From: Trichosphaerium sp. ATCC 40318
Lineage: Eukaryota > Protista > Tubulinea
Direction of reading: 5' to 3'
Assembly (NCBI GenBank): GCA_038496445.1
Contig: JALMLS010000050.1
Coordinates: forward strand, 23,046 to 87,045
DNA: 64,000 bases
The first letter of the stretch is position 1, and every line of letters begins with the position of its first letter. The notes below the pieces were generated by a model. That model was not told the DNA's origin. It did not search any database and saw only the letters and a program-made list of their open reading frames with translations. Shown piece by piece: positions 53,216 through 64,000 of this stretch. Made by a program: the position numbers and the translations under genes.

Positions 53216-55502
53216 ATGCAATTATACACAGTATCGTGTGTGCTTGCGATTTTACTTGCGTATTGTACACAAAACAACAATAAATCGTTATATAACCGTT
53301 AATAGGCGGTGCACAGATCATCCCAGCGTCGTTTGATCTAAATGATTATAAGTACGCACTTGCACAAACAAATGGTACTCTAGGGAACCCATTCATGCGG
53401 TACACAAGCAATAGATCAATTAAACAATCTATCTAATACGATAAACGTTAGTTTCGATGCGTATGTCGGTAGACCGCTACTACTTGTTGGCAGAGCGCTC
53501 TACGCAAACGGAACTGCCTACGAGGGCGTAACATTTTATTGGGCGTGGAACACTTGGGTCGAAAAAGATCCTCAGGTATGAACGCAGTCACCCTACCAAT
53601 GCCATCACAAATGCATTAAACTACAATAACCAAATTTGCGTTAACTTACCATACTAGGGTAACGTAGTGAGGACATTTCCTTTTGATGAGCGTATGACTG
53701 TTGAGACTACATATACGGACTATCAAGGTGTACCAAGAGAAGATATGAGTATAACAGGGATAATAGATAATACAACAGTAACCGTGAGGGTATCCAAATT
53801 CGCAGAGTAAGACAAACTAGAAAACGGATCGAAAAAAACAATTTGAATATAATTTCTTTTTTCGGGTATTTTCTTATTTGCTTAACCACTACCTTTTTAG
53901 GGATATAGAGTTTTTGTTTGATTTTATAAATCGAAATGATACTATAAGTATACACCAACTGTACGTTGTGAATATATTTGCGTAAAAGGTGTTTTATTAA
54001 CACTATCTTCAAGTGCAAATGCTCTTAAAATATCTGTTGATGTTGAAAATTGGCAGAAACAACATCCTGCGAATATTATTGAGCGTACGACACTCCACGA
54101 AAGACTTCTTTTTTTGTATTATTCAATATTTAGCTAACACGTGGTTTGTAGTAACTTCTGACTTTTGGGCTGCTTTACCTGTGTCCATGTTAGCTAATAT
54201 ATCAAATATCAATGCAACATCAAAAGATTCTAAAGTACGAACTTGATACGCTTCTTGTTTTTTCTTAGACCTTTCTTGCTTCTTGCTTTATTATAACAAG
54301 TTTTGTAGTATGATACAATATACACTGTTGATATTCCAAATGAGATTTTTATTCAAGTCAGGCTTTTAAGATTCGGTTCTGTAGATAGAAACACTTTCAC
54401 CAGAGTTATATTTGACGAAGATAAAGATCAGAGTGAGCACAAAAAAAAAATCTCCAAACAAAATCAGGGTAATTGCCTTCTCCTTACTGTTTGTTTCTAG
54501 TTCGTGTGTGTAGCTTGCTTAATGGCGAACTTTCTGTTTGTGTTGGTACATTTGCTTACTTTGGGTTTAATATCACTGGAGAGTAAGTAAAGTTAAAACA
54601 CCTTAAAAGGGTTATTCCCTTTTTCAACAAAATCTAAACTACATAGTTTGTTCTACGATCCTGATTTGACTCTCCTGCTTGATCCAAACATATACGGGGA
54701 TGTACCTGTAAGAGATGCAGATGAGGAAGAGCAAGCCACAGTAACCTTATATTACTACATTGGTGGTGGTGCTGGGGTTAGTTCTGCAACTAGTTTCTTT
54801 CATTCCATTCAAAACTACTTCACTTTTTGAAAAAGGAACACCCTGATTGACTCTGTTATTTAATGATCACTAATGTATTTTCAGGCAGTATTCTTTTCTG
54901 TAGTAGCTACCACTATAGTGTTTTTATATCTAAGACATAAAAGAAGATCAGTGTCAAAAGAAGTTGAAGAGAAACTAGCAAAATTTAAAAAGAGCAGAGC
55001 TGGTTCAACTACAAGATTTATGTTTGGTCTACCTGGAGAAGTAGATTCATCGAACCTTCCGAAGCCTTTACCAGAACCTCCTAAGACCGGATACTTCATA
55101 CCAATGATGAATCAAACAAAAGAATCAAGTGATTCTAGTGACATTAACCGACAACTTCCAGTACTTGCAAGACCGCTAGAAGATACCCCCATAGCTATAG
55201 GAGGATTTTTGATACCTATAGAAGGCTCTGAAGAGACAACAGTCCCTGAACTTCCACCACGGCCACTAGCGCTTTCCATGAATACAACAGAGGATAAAAG
55301 CGAGCTTAAACCACCAAAAAAGATCTCGATGCCACCTCCACAACTAGGTCGTTTTCATATTCCTGGTGAGGACCATTCAAGACCTGATGTCAGAGTTGAT
55401 GGACCACCAGTAACTTATGCTTCACCAGTAATGCTTGGTGACACACAAGGACGTATCTATTCGGCAGATAACCTCGAAGTTGCAAACACTTACCAGAACT
55501 AA
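53216..55502 (+). CDS. Type I membrane protein with ComC-supersandwich-like juxtamembrane domain and Pro-rich cytoplasmic tail
   Basis: Signal peptide MQLYTVSCVLAILLAYC; juxtamembrane LFYDPDLTLLL motif; TM YYYIGGGAG|AVFFSVVATTIVFLYL-RHKRR; tail with PKPLPEPPK and PELPPRP. Confidence 0.7.
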
Positions 55503-55644
55503 GTAGCTAACAAAAAAACCAATTCTTTAAACTATGTACAATAAAATAATAAATACAATACAACAACCCTATTTTTCGATCAATTTTTTTTTATTCAATC
55601 AACAATTATGTAGAATCTATGAATAGTACAAGAGTAAGACCAAC

Positions 55645-56277
55645 TTATATTATACTTTTAGACGTTGATAAAGAAATATTAGTCAAGATTGACGTCTCTT
55701 TTCCAAACTGAAAAACTTTATGCTCAAACAAAGTTCCCGTTAAAGTATACCACATTGATTCACCATGTCTCTTTCCATTATCATATGTAAATACAGTCTG
55801 AAGCATACCATTACCATGCCAATACCTAAACTCACCATGTGGTATATTATCCTTGAACTGTAGATGATACCTCATCTGTCCATCTTCATACCAAGTTTTT
55901 ACATCTCCATTACGCACACCATTATCATACATGACTTGTTTCTTCATTTTCCCATTATCGTAATGAGATGTATACAATCCATGTAGCTTATTGTTGTTAT
56001 AAGAGCATCTTGTAAGTGTTTGACCAGAGTCATTCATCTCAATGTACTTCCCGTGGAGCAAACCGTTTTTGAAGTAACATTTTATTTTTAACCTGTTTGA
56101 CGAGTCATACCTTCTGAAACATCCATTCTTTTCCAATGAATCGTTAAATCTACTAGTCTTTGCTGCATACAAACAAAGTGAAGGCCATTTTATGAATATA
56201 TCTCCACTTGTCTCAAAAATGATATGTTGAAGCTCCAACGGCAATTCCATAACACACATAGGCGTCTGGTAGGCCAT
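55645..56277 (-). CDS. Intronless F-box-like + MORN-variant (YwqK-type) repeat protein
   Basis: VMELPLELQHIIFE, then LHGKYIEMNDSG, LHGLYTSHYDNGK, NGDVKTWYEDGQ, HGEFRYWHGNGM; single 210-aa ORF. Confidence 0.88.
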   Translation of the reverse strand: MAYQTPMCVMELPLELQHIIFETSGDIFIKWPSLCLYAAKTSRFNDSLEKNGCFRRYDSSNRLKIKCYFKNGLLHGKYIEMNDSGQTLTRCSYNNNKLHGLYTSHYDNGKMKKQVMYDNGVRNGDVKTWYEDGQMRYHLQFKDNIPHGEFRYWHGNGMLQTVFTYDNGKRHGESMWYTLTGTLFEHKVFQFGKETSILTNISLSTSKSII

Positions 56278-56726
56278 ATTCTAATTTTCGGCCAAGTGTT
56301 AAATTATGCGTTTCAAATAAATGTAGATTGGTTACCTGTAACGTATTAGAAGTGTTTTATAAGATTCTGAGATCAGGTGCGAACGAAACGTTTCTTGGTT
56401 CTTTTTTAAGAGCAAATAACACCTTAAGTCGCTGAAATGGTTGTCTAAGGCCGTATTTTGCAATTGAGGTAGCAAAAGGCAGGTCCTTAGAACGATCTAT
56501 TGGTCTAGTATCGTATAAGCAAAGAATTGAAAAAAATTATTGAGAACGAATCTCATGATTCTCACGTGAGGAATCAGTACCAAAAGGAAAGATCTTGATT
56601 TGTTAAAGTTTTTTTTCCAACCATCACTATCACAAAGATTTTGTTTTAAAAGTTGCTGCAACAATTAAGCTTGCAAAGATCACGAAGAGTGTATGTGTAA
56701 ACGTTTTTATTGGCGTAGGAGCTGCT

Positions 56727-58683
56727 CTACAGGCTCGCTTTTAAAGAGAAATCAATAACAATCTTTCCAAAGTGTTCACAATTCTTTAGTCTTTCATGAG
56801 CTGCTCCAGTACGTGAAATAGGTATTACACAGTCAAGATGAGGATGTATCTTATGGGATACAACAAACTTTACCATATTTTCAAAATCCCTTTATTACAA
56901 CTAGTGTCAGAACAGAATGAAGCGAAAAGGAACAAAAAAAAATAAGCACAAAAAACTTGACTTCGAATCCTATTTTAGAAGTACTTACCTATCTGATCCC
57001 ATAGTAGATCCTATGATCCTTAGTTGTTTCAAAAAGAGACGCGGTAGAACAAGTTTATTTGGATTAAGCGCTGTGGCGCCATACCTATTAACAGAAATTA
57101 GAAATAAACCGCAGCTTCCGTTCAAGAAAAGAAGTTGAAGAATTCTTTGATTCAATTGTTAACTTACGAAACAATGGTACCACCCAACTTTGCTATATTC
57201 AATAATTTATTGAACCCTTTACCACCAGCACCGTCTATAAAATTAACATAAGAAGCCGCGTTTTATCGAAATAATAGAAAGGTACCAATGATAAGATCAA
57301 ATGGTCCTCCAGCCAACTGAACTAACTACATGACATTTTGTTAAAAAACTTCACCTGACATGAAGCAGCACGTGTACCTTTCGTCTCCATTTCTACGTAA
57401 ATATGAGATACCACTTTGTAGTAATCGTAAATTATTACCTTTTCATTGTAGTTCGCTCCGTCTTTGACACCAAACAGCTTCTTGCTCCGCTCAATTTTTT
57501 CTTGCGAACCACTTGTGACCTTTTTAATTTAATCAATACTTACAAAGTACTACTTTCTCTTACGTAGACATTGGCGCCTGCAGCACTGGCAAACTGCGCT
57601 ACATATTGCGCTACACCTCCACCAATACCTAGAATACGCTGAGCACGACATGAAAACCCAATACTATTTGGTAAATCTAAGCCTACCTGTTACGAGAACT
57701 CTATCGTTGATCTGACAACCTCCTTGCACAAACAAAGCTCTATTATTAATGTAAGAGAATAAATTAGATCTTCAATATTTTACCTATATGCTGTTACACC
57801 AGCAAGAGGTAATGCTGCTGCAGTAGTATGACTTAAATGTTTAGGCATTCTGTGAAGTCTACACACAAAATGAGTTTGCAACACCGTGAAATATTACTTT
57901 ACATACTGCTTAACAGGAACTCTAATATACCTAAAGAAATAATCAATATATGAAAAATGCCTACAAGTGCGCATTTTGCAGTATTTATGCATATAAACCA
58001 CGTGCAGAACAATGTCAAATAAAACATGTTTTTTGCCTTTTTTTTTTTTTGAATGCTTGACTTACTCTGCAAAGGTTCCGTCCACAGGCATACCAAGTAT
58101 CTTAAATCGTTTTGACTGCACTCTTTCATCATTACCCCAGTTGAAGGACGGGTTTATAATAACTCTTTCGCCAAGCCAATCTAGTGTTGGTCACTATTCG
58201 CAAAACAGTGTCAAAAAGCAACGGACGTTTGTCTTTGTTGGATCCAACCTTAACTACTTCACCTGAGCCATCAGAACCGAGTATTGACGGCGTCTAAAAT
58301 ACAATTTGTAAGGAAGTCGTGAATTGAAGTTGAGGATAAGATGACACGCATGGAAATAACGGTTTCAGAGCGACAATAGTGAAGTAACGACTTTCACGTT
58401 GGTATTTCATTTATTACCTTGATGCCCGGGTAAAGTCCTAAAGTCATCCAAAAATCTCTCCTAGAGTTGTATTTAGTTACATACGATGCATAAATTACAA
58501 TTTGCCAACCTGTTAAACGCAGCTGCATGTATTTTCACCAGCGCAGTCCCCTGTCTTGATTAACTAGCGTTAGAAGCAATGCATAGACATTTTAACGATA
58601 AATGGCCAAACATACACTACTTCAGGCTTTGGTACCGTTGTTACCTCCCATTTGAGGGCTTTGTTGAGTACAAGCGCTCTCAT
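56727..58683 (-). CDS. Medium-chain dehydrogenase/reductase (quinone-oxidoreductase-like, no Zn ligands)
   Basis: VKIHAAAFNRRDFWMTLGLYPG, ILGSDGSG, GTFAEY, AAALPLAGVTAYRAL, VLVTGIGGGVA, IIGSTMGS, HFGKIV. Confidence 0.92.
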
Positions 58684-58928
58684 TGTGCGTTATGAATTTT
58701 AAATGTCACATTTGTTCCTTAACGGCTGAAGATGCATCTAAATGTCACAACATTCAATGTCACTCGACAAAGCATAAAAACAATAGTATTCCACTCAACT
58801 ACGCGTTAAACTATTACATCAACAACTTTTTTTTTTTGATTCGTAAGTTATTTACAACGACCTCATAGCAGTGTGCCGTTATCTTGACAGTTTTGTTTTC
58901 AAAGACGAACTGCACAAAGATGATATAA

Positions 58929-60455
58929 TTAATTTCCTTTATTCCACGCCAAGTAACGTGTATCACCCAGTTTTCTATAAATGCAATTGGTAAGTACTCT
59001 ACAAAAACACAAAAAAAAGTGTCACACTTTTCTTTTCTTTAAAAACGGAAAACAAACAGTACCTTCCGTTAATTAAGTGAGCAATTAAAAATACTATTGC
59101 TTGTAAAATAGCAAGACCACCAACTACCAAGTAAGCAATACCCAAGAATTGGTTCTTTCCGCCAAGGAAGGAAGTCTCAGATAAAACAACAAACTTTTTA
59201 CCCTTGAAGCCTTCAACAGGATAATCTTGAATATTGTAAAGGAATCATAAGACTAATAACACGTCTAAAAGAGACCCGACGCTGGCCATTTAAAAGAAAA
59301 AAAAGGATACTGTTCATGATCATTAGAGTAAAGTTACCCTTTAGCTCAACATCTATGATTCTACAAAGCGTATAAGTACAAAACACATAATACCAATTGT
59401 GTTATAACTACTAAGCGTGCCTATGTAGTTTCTTGAATGTTGGTAGAGCAGCAACACGCATCCAAACGATAAAATCTTCATTTTCAAAGTCTGGAATAAC
59501 TCTAACGGCGCCTATGCTGCTAGCACCAGGATTGTTGAACTAGGCGTATAAGAAACACAAAAATAAATAAATAAAAATCCTTGCGCGTGTACCTTTCTGT
59601 CAACATCTGATTTCCAGGCTATACCCTTAGATCGCAAAGGTACTGCAGTGCCATTGGCATCATGCATCATAAAAGAATCTAGAAAACGACACATAAACAC
59701 AATTAACTTTTTGTGCTCTCTGGGCAAACGTACCATTGAACTGGCTATTAGCAATGAGACCACAAGGAAGGATTGGTCTATTGTTTATCTTATCTAAAGG
59801 TGAACAGTCGCTTAAAGAACCAGCAGAGACATCTGCATCACCGGCAAGCTGAGCATCGTTTCTAGATCTGACATATCTAGAATATAAAGTGTCAAAGCCA
59901 GGCATTCACTAAATATTTCAAGCGTTACCTTCTGTGGTTTTGAAAGAAGTTGGTTAATTTGTAGTAAAGGTATACAGGTGGCTTCATGTCTAGGTCGTCG
60001 AAAGTAATGACACACGGCTCTGTTGTATTTGGATTTGGTGCTCCGCAAATATCATCATAGCGAAGCTCAGTCTCTTGCACCTTGTAACCATTAGAAAGAT
60101 GTAAAAGGTAACGCATGCAATTTTTTCTTGATTATTTGCGAGGGTATTTAATCTTAGGCAAGTGAGAGTGCCGAGGAGCGCGTTAGAGCGATTTGGAGAG
60201 AAATACAAAAAAGATAAAAAAGCTGTTGGTAATACTTACACCGTCTGATGTGATATAAAACGCAACACCGACCGGAATAAATATGATGCCAATTACAAAA
60301 AACGCAATAATCACTGTTCGTGGCGTTAGGATAGGCTGCCACGCTGGGAGCTGTTGTTGCTTAAAGCGCGACTCTAGTTGAAGGCATTAGCTACAAAACG
60401 GACGCGATTGAAGCCACGCACTCCCAGGCTTTTTAGAATTTGCTACTAGTTTCAT
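58929..60455 (-). CDS. CDC50: CDC50/LEM3 family P4-ATPase (flippase) beta subunit
   Basis: [82 protein letters not shown]. Confidence 0.96.
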
Positions 60456-60641
60456 TGCGTATGCGAAACCTGTTGTGTGAGTATCGCGACGTTAAGACTT
60501 AACGCAATCAGGCTAAGCACTTTCTCAAAGCACGCAAAATGATGCCAATTACATGTACAACAAACCAATCCTCTACACGTCAGATAACAATACAAATGAA
60601 ATAGAAATCAAGCATTTTATGTACAAGGCTTTTTTTTTATT

Positions 60642-61155
60642 TTACGATCGGAGACCGAAAACCTCTGGATAACGCTGTGTTAGATCAGTGAGATCGTTGT
60701 AAAGCTTCATGTCTGCAAAAGAAATTAGCTAGCAAGAACTATGCATAAAGTTTTTGGCGGGTTTGTAAAAGTAATACCAAATTTGTGACCACGCTCTTCT
60801 AGATACGCTGGCATGGCGCCACATTCTTTTACTTCTCCAGTAGGTTCTACTTTAACCAATAGCTCGAAAACAGTACCCTACAGAAAGCTTAGTGCGCGAT
60901 ATTAGCATCACAACATACCACTGAATAATCTGTGCCTAATAATTTGACATTTACTACAACCTACGCCGCATTTAATAACCGCTCATAATTTTTCAATCGT
61001 ACGCCATCAGACGCCAGTATTTCAACGCTACCAGGTGCTTTCTTTTGTACAGTGCCCACTAAGCGAACAATGTTGTGTGGGGGGTTGCGATAGTTTTGGA
61101 TTGTAGATCCGGTTACGCGAGGAGTAGGGGGCATTTGAGATTCTTTTTGAGCCAT
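60642..61155 (-). CDS. RPA3: Replication protein A 14-kDa subunit
   Basis: PTPRVTGSTIQNY...IVRLVGTV...LASDG...FDMKLYNDL...YPEVF; OB-fold size; three introns. Confidence 0.8.
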
Positions 61156-61230
61156 GTTGTTTTAACGCTTACAAGAATTTTTTAACTAGCCTTAACAAGT
61201 GCTTTATTAAGTCTCTATGTGTCAATCAAT

Positions 61231-61836
61231 TTACGCGCGTGTAAAAGTTCTACAACAACATGCGCAGCAACCACAACAGCAACAAATAAACAACAATAAA
61301 CCTAATGCGAGCAACAGAGCTACACATCCTGCCACAATGATCGCTATAAGTACAATCCTGTTTGGTGTACCACAAGTTGCCTTGTAAGCCTTGTATCTAA
61401 TGTCAAAGCTGGACTGAGAACAGGCTTTATCGAGTGTCTAAGATGGTCAGCTTTCTTAACAAATCGGTTAATTGTTACCGTTGAAGTATGTTGTAGATTT
61501 TCACAATCAAGTCCAAGGTACGCGCGTCGAGTAACCTGAGACTCGTTAGATACTGTTGTTTCAAGAGTCACAAGTCCAACTCCGAAAAGTGCGCACCAAG
61601 CCAAAACCACAGTCATATTTGAAGCTTTGAGGTAACGCTGTATCGTTGATGTTGTAGCACTGATTTTCGATGTATGTCTCTTCTTGTGTTGCACTAGTTT
61701 TGCAATTGGCTGTATCATTCCAATATGATACTGTAACATTGAATTAGGTTCGTTTCCAGGTTAGCTACGTGCCTTTAATATCTTTGCAGTAACACACCGT
61801 TGCTAGTAATGCGCATAATACAACGTATCGCATCAT
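61231..61836 (-). CDS. Small type I membrane glycoprotein with cysteine-string tail
   Basis: Spliced: MMRYVVLCALLATVCYCKDIKVSYWNDTANCKTS...CYNINDT...ATCGTPNRIVLIAIIVAGCVALLLALGLLLFICCCCGCCACCCRTFTRA*. First intron is GC-AG (61731-61772). Confidence 0.75.
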
Positions 61837-61927
61837 GATGTTAATGGGAGCGTTTTACGCGGTTATGTTAAGATTTACGTTTGCTTAATCAAAACGAACT
61901 TTGTACCAACGCTATTTCACTAACAGC
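61837..61927. promoter_or_regulatory. Very short putative bidirectional promoter
   Basis: Only 91 bp between the divergent start codons at 61836 (-) and 61928 (+). Confidence 0.5.
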
Positions 61928-63663
61928 ATGTCACTACAAGGTAAAACAGAATTGGAGCGCGTGCAAAGTGCCGTGCTAGTAGAATCAGAGATGCCAGAGG
62001 ACTTGAAAGTACGACAGCATTGATAAATGTATCATGTAATTGTAATAGGGCGCTGAAGTACGTGGGTATACATGGGACACCAAAGAAGTAGATTATGACG
62101 CTTTGTTCAAATCATACCTTACAGCAGGCTTCCAATCGACTAATCTTGGCCGCTGCATCGAAGAAATTAACGACATGGTAAAAAAAGTGTATGTGGCCTG
62201 TTAAGAATTTTTTAGTTAAAATGGCGTCAAAGCGACGAAGAGATCACAGAAGATACCCCTCTAGACGAAAGGTAACGCACGCTTGTTTTCTACAATGTAC
62301 AACTGAAGAATTTTTTCAGAGACCCTGAGAAGCGTAAAAAGACACGCACAAAGATATTCTTTGGCTACACATCCAATCTGATCTCTTCAGGTTTGAGAGA
62401 AACAATTGTTTACTTGGCCAAGAACAAGATGGTACCATAACCCAGTTTGTAGCTGTAAATGTCATTAACTCACTTGTAGATTGACTACATTGTAACAACT
62501 GCTGGTGGCATTGAAGAAGATTTCATCAAATGTCTTGCCCCAACGTACATTGGAGACTTTAAACTCGACGGTGCTACCCTCAGGGATAAAGGTACCAAAC
62601 AACTGGTTCATTTCAAAGAAATCTAAACAACAGAATCAACCGACAGTTCCTCAACAAATGACCCTAAAAAAGCCAAAAACGTTTTTTTTGACAAACTCCA
62701 CAAATAATTTTTGTAAATTCTTTTCTCAGTTCGTAATATTCTTTGAATACTAACTGATTCAGGTGTGAATCGTATTGGTAACTTGCTTGTACCTAATAAC
62801 AACTACGGTAAATTTGATGACTGGATAATGCCAATCCTTGACCAAATGGTTATTGAACAACAAGAAGCAAGTAACATATTTTTGAGTATTGTACCTCGCG
62901 TGTGGTATTAACACTTAGATTCTAGGGTACTGTATGGTCACCATCTAAAATGATCAAGCGCTTTGGTAAAGAAATCAATGACGAGAGATCAGTTTACTAT
63001 TGGTGCTGGAAGGTACTATTCAAATCTTTTTCTGTTTTTTGTTCCAATACAATGCTGACAAGTAATTCAAGAATGACATTCCAGTTTTCAGTCCAGCTAT
63101 TACTGATGGTTCTATCGGTGATATGATCTACATGCACACCTTCAGAAACTTTGAGGGTAAGAATGGAGTCAATCTTATCGTAGATATTGCTCAAGATATT
63201 CGCAAAATAATCAACTTGCTGTTTTTGCTCCACATACTGGCATGATTCTATTGGGTTAGATTTAACTCATGTTCAATAATATACTTACAAACATGTAGGT
63301 GGTGGTTTAATTAAACATCATATTTGCAATGCCAATCTGATGCGTAATGGTGCTGATCACGCAGTGTTTATCAACACAGGTACTTTATTACTTGCTTTTT
63401 TATCTGACTTTTTTTTCTAGCGCAAGAATTTGACGGTTCTGATGCCGGTGCGAACCTGATGAGGCTGTATCTTGGGGTAAAATCAAGAGTGGCGCTAAAT
63501 CTGTCAAGGTATGATTTTCGCGTTTTTTGAAAAAATTCTTTGCAATATTGTCTTGGGCTTATCCGTCTTTTAGTTGTACGCAGAAGCTACGCTCGTATTT
63601 CCTATTATTGTAGCCCAAACATTTGCAAAGAATTGGGTACCAAGGGATGATCTTAAGAAGTAA
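61928..63663 (+). CDS. DHPS: Deoxyhypusine synthase (two apparent 1-bp deletions, probably assembly errors)
   Basis: [98 protein letters not shown]. Confidence 0.95.
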
Positions 63664-63732
63664 AAAAAGACATATGAGTCAAGCAAAAAACAAACAAAAA
63701 TTGAAAATAAACAATTTATTTTTTTGAAGTAA

Positions 63733-64000
63733 TTATTTTGGGTTCAACCATAAGTCATCAAGAAGCTTTAGTGTATCAGCAGGGCACTTGACGGTATGTC
63801 CAATGGTAGTAGGGTCTTCAAATATCTCATAGTCGTTACCACCCTACTCTGGTATCAGCAAAGTGCGATCATATCGAAAGAGATCAAAAAAAAAAAAAAA
63901 GAAACAATACCTTGTATGTTTTATCACCGAAGAAGTGAATTTCATCAAAACCTTCAAGGTGTTGCAAGCAATATGTTTTATCCCAACCTAGTCATCAAAC
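63733..64000 (-). CDS. PMM: Phosphomannomutase (HAD-type, Sec53/PMM), 3' end only
   Basis: [26 protein letters not shown]|[18 protein letters not shown]; continues beyond the window. Confidence 0.93.

Noticed and set aside
56727-56740. C-terminal ASL of the MDR enzyme as a peroxisomal PTS1
   Set aside because: Non-canonical tripeptide; cannot be supported from sequence alone.
63445-63462. Antizyme-like polyamine-regulated frameshift (CC TGA T) in DHPS
   Set aside because: The required shift is -1, not +1; the TGA is not in frame 0; a second similar deletion nearby points to sequencing error.

Overview
Gene-dense, AT-rich (about 35-37% GC by eye) eukaryotic DNA with many short GT-AG introns (mostly 35-100 nt, CTAAC/CTGAC branch points), so the ORF track shows only exon fragments. 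All gene models below were spliced by hand and their boundaries are approximate. Costars, BRK1, DOCK, ComC-supersandwich-like, SdrD-B and filamin-repeat proteins point to an amoebozoan-type protist (inference). About 27 genes can be supported, including NOP2, U2SURP, BRK1, SRP19, DOCK, METTL26, CDC50, RPA3, deoxyhypusine synthase and a partial PMM. Highlights: (1) one spliced gene fusing an atypical Ras GTPase to a tyrosine-kinase-like pseudokinase; (2) roughly 8-fold enrichment of the palindrome CACGTG, mostly in introns and intergenic DNA, overlapping several GC-AG splice donors; (3) a three-dsRBD protein with a ~140-nt folded RNA element in an oversized intron; (4) a filamin-repeat/Costars/LIM fusion; (5) a DOCK whose DHR-2 nucleotide-sensor motif is lost; (6) two nearly intronless F-box-like/MORN-variant genes of giant-virus style; (7) a diversifying tandem family of small Cys-rich surface proteins. 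No tRNA, rRNA, CRISPR array or intact transposon was recognised.
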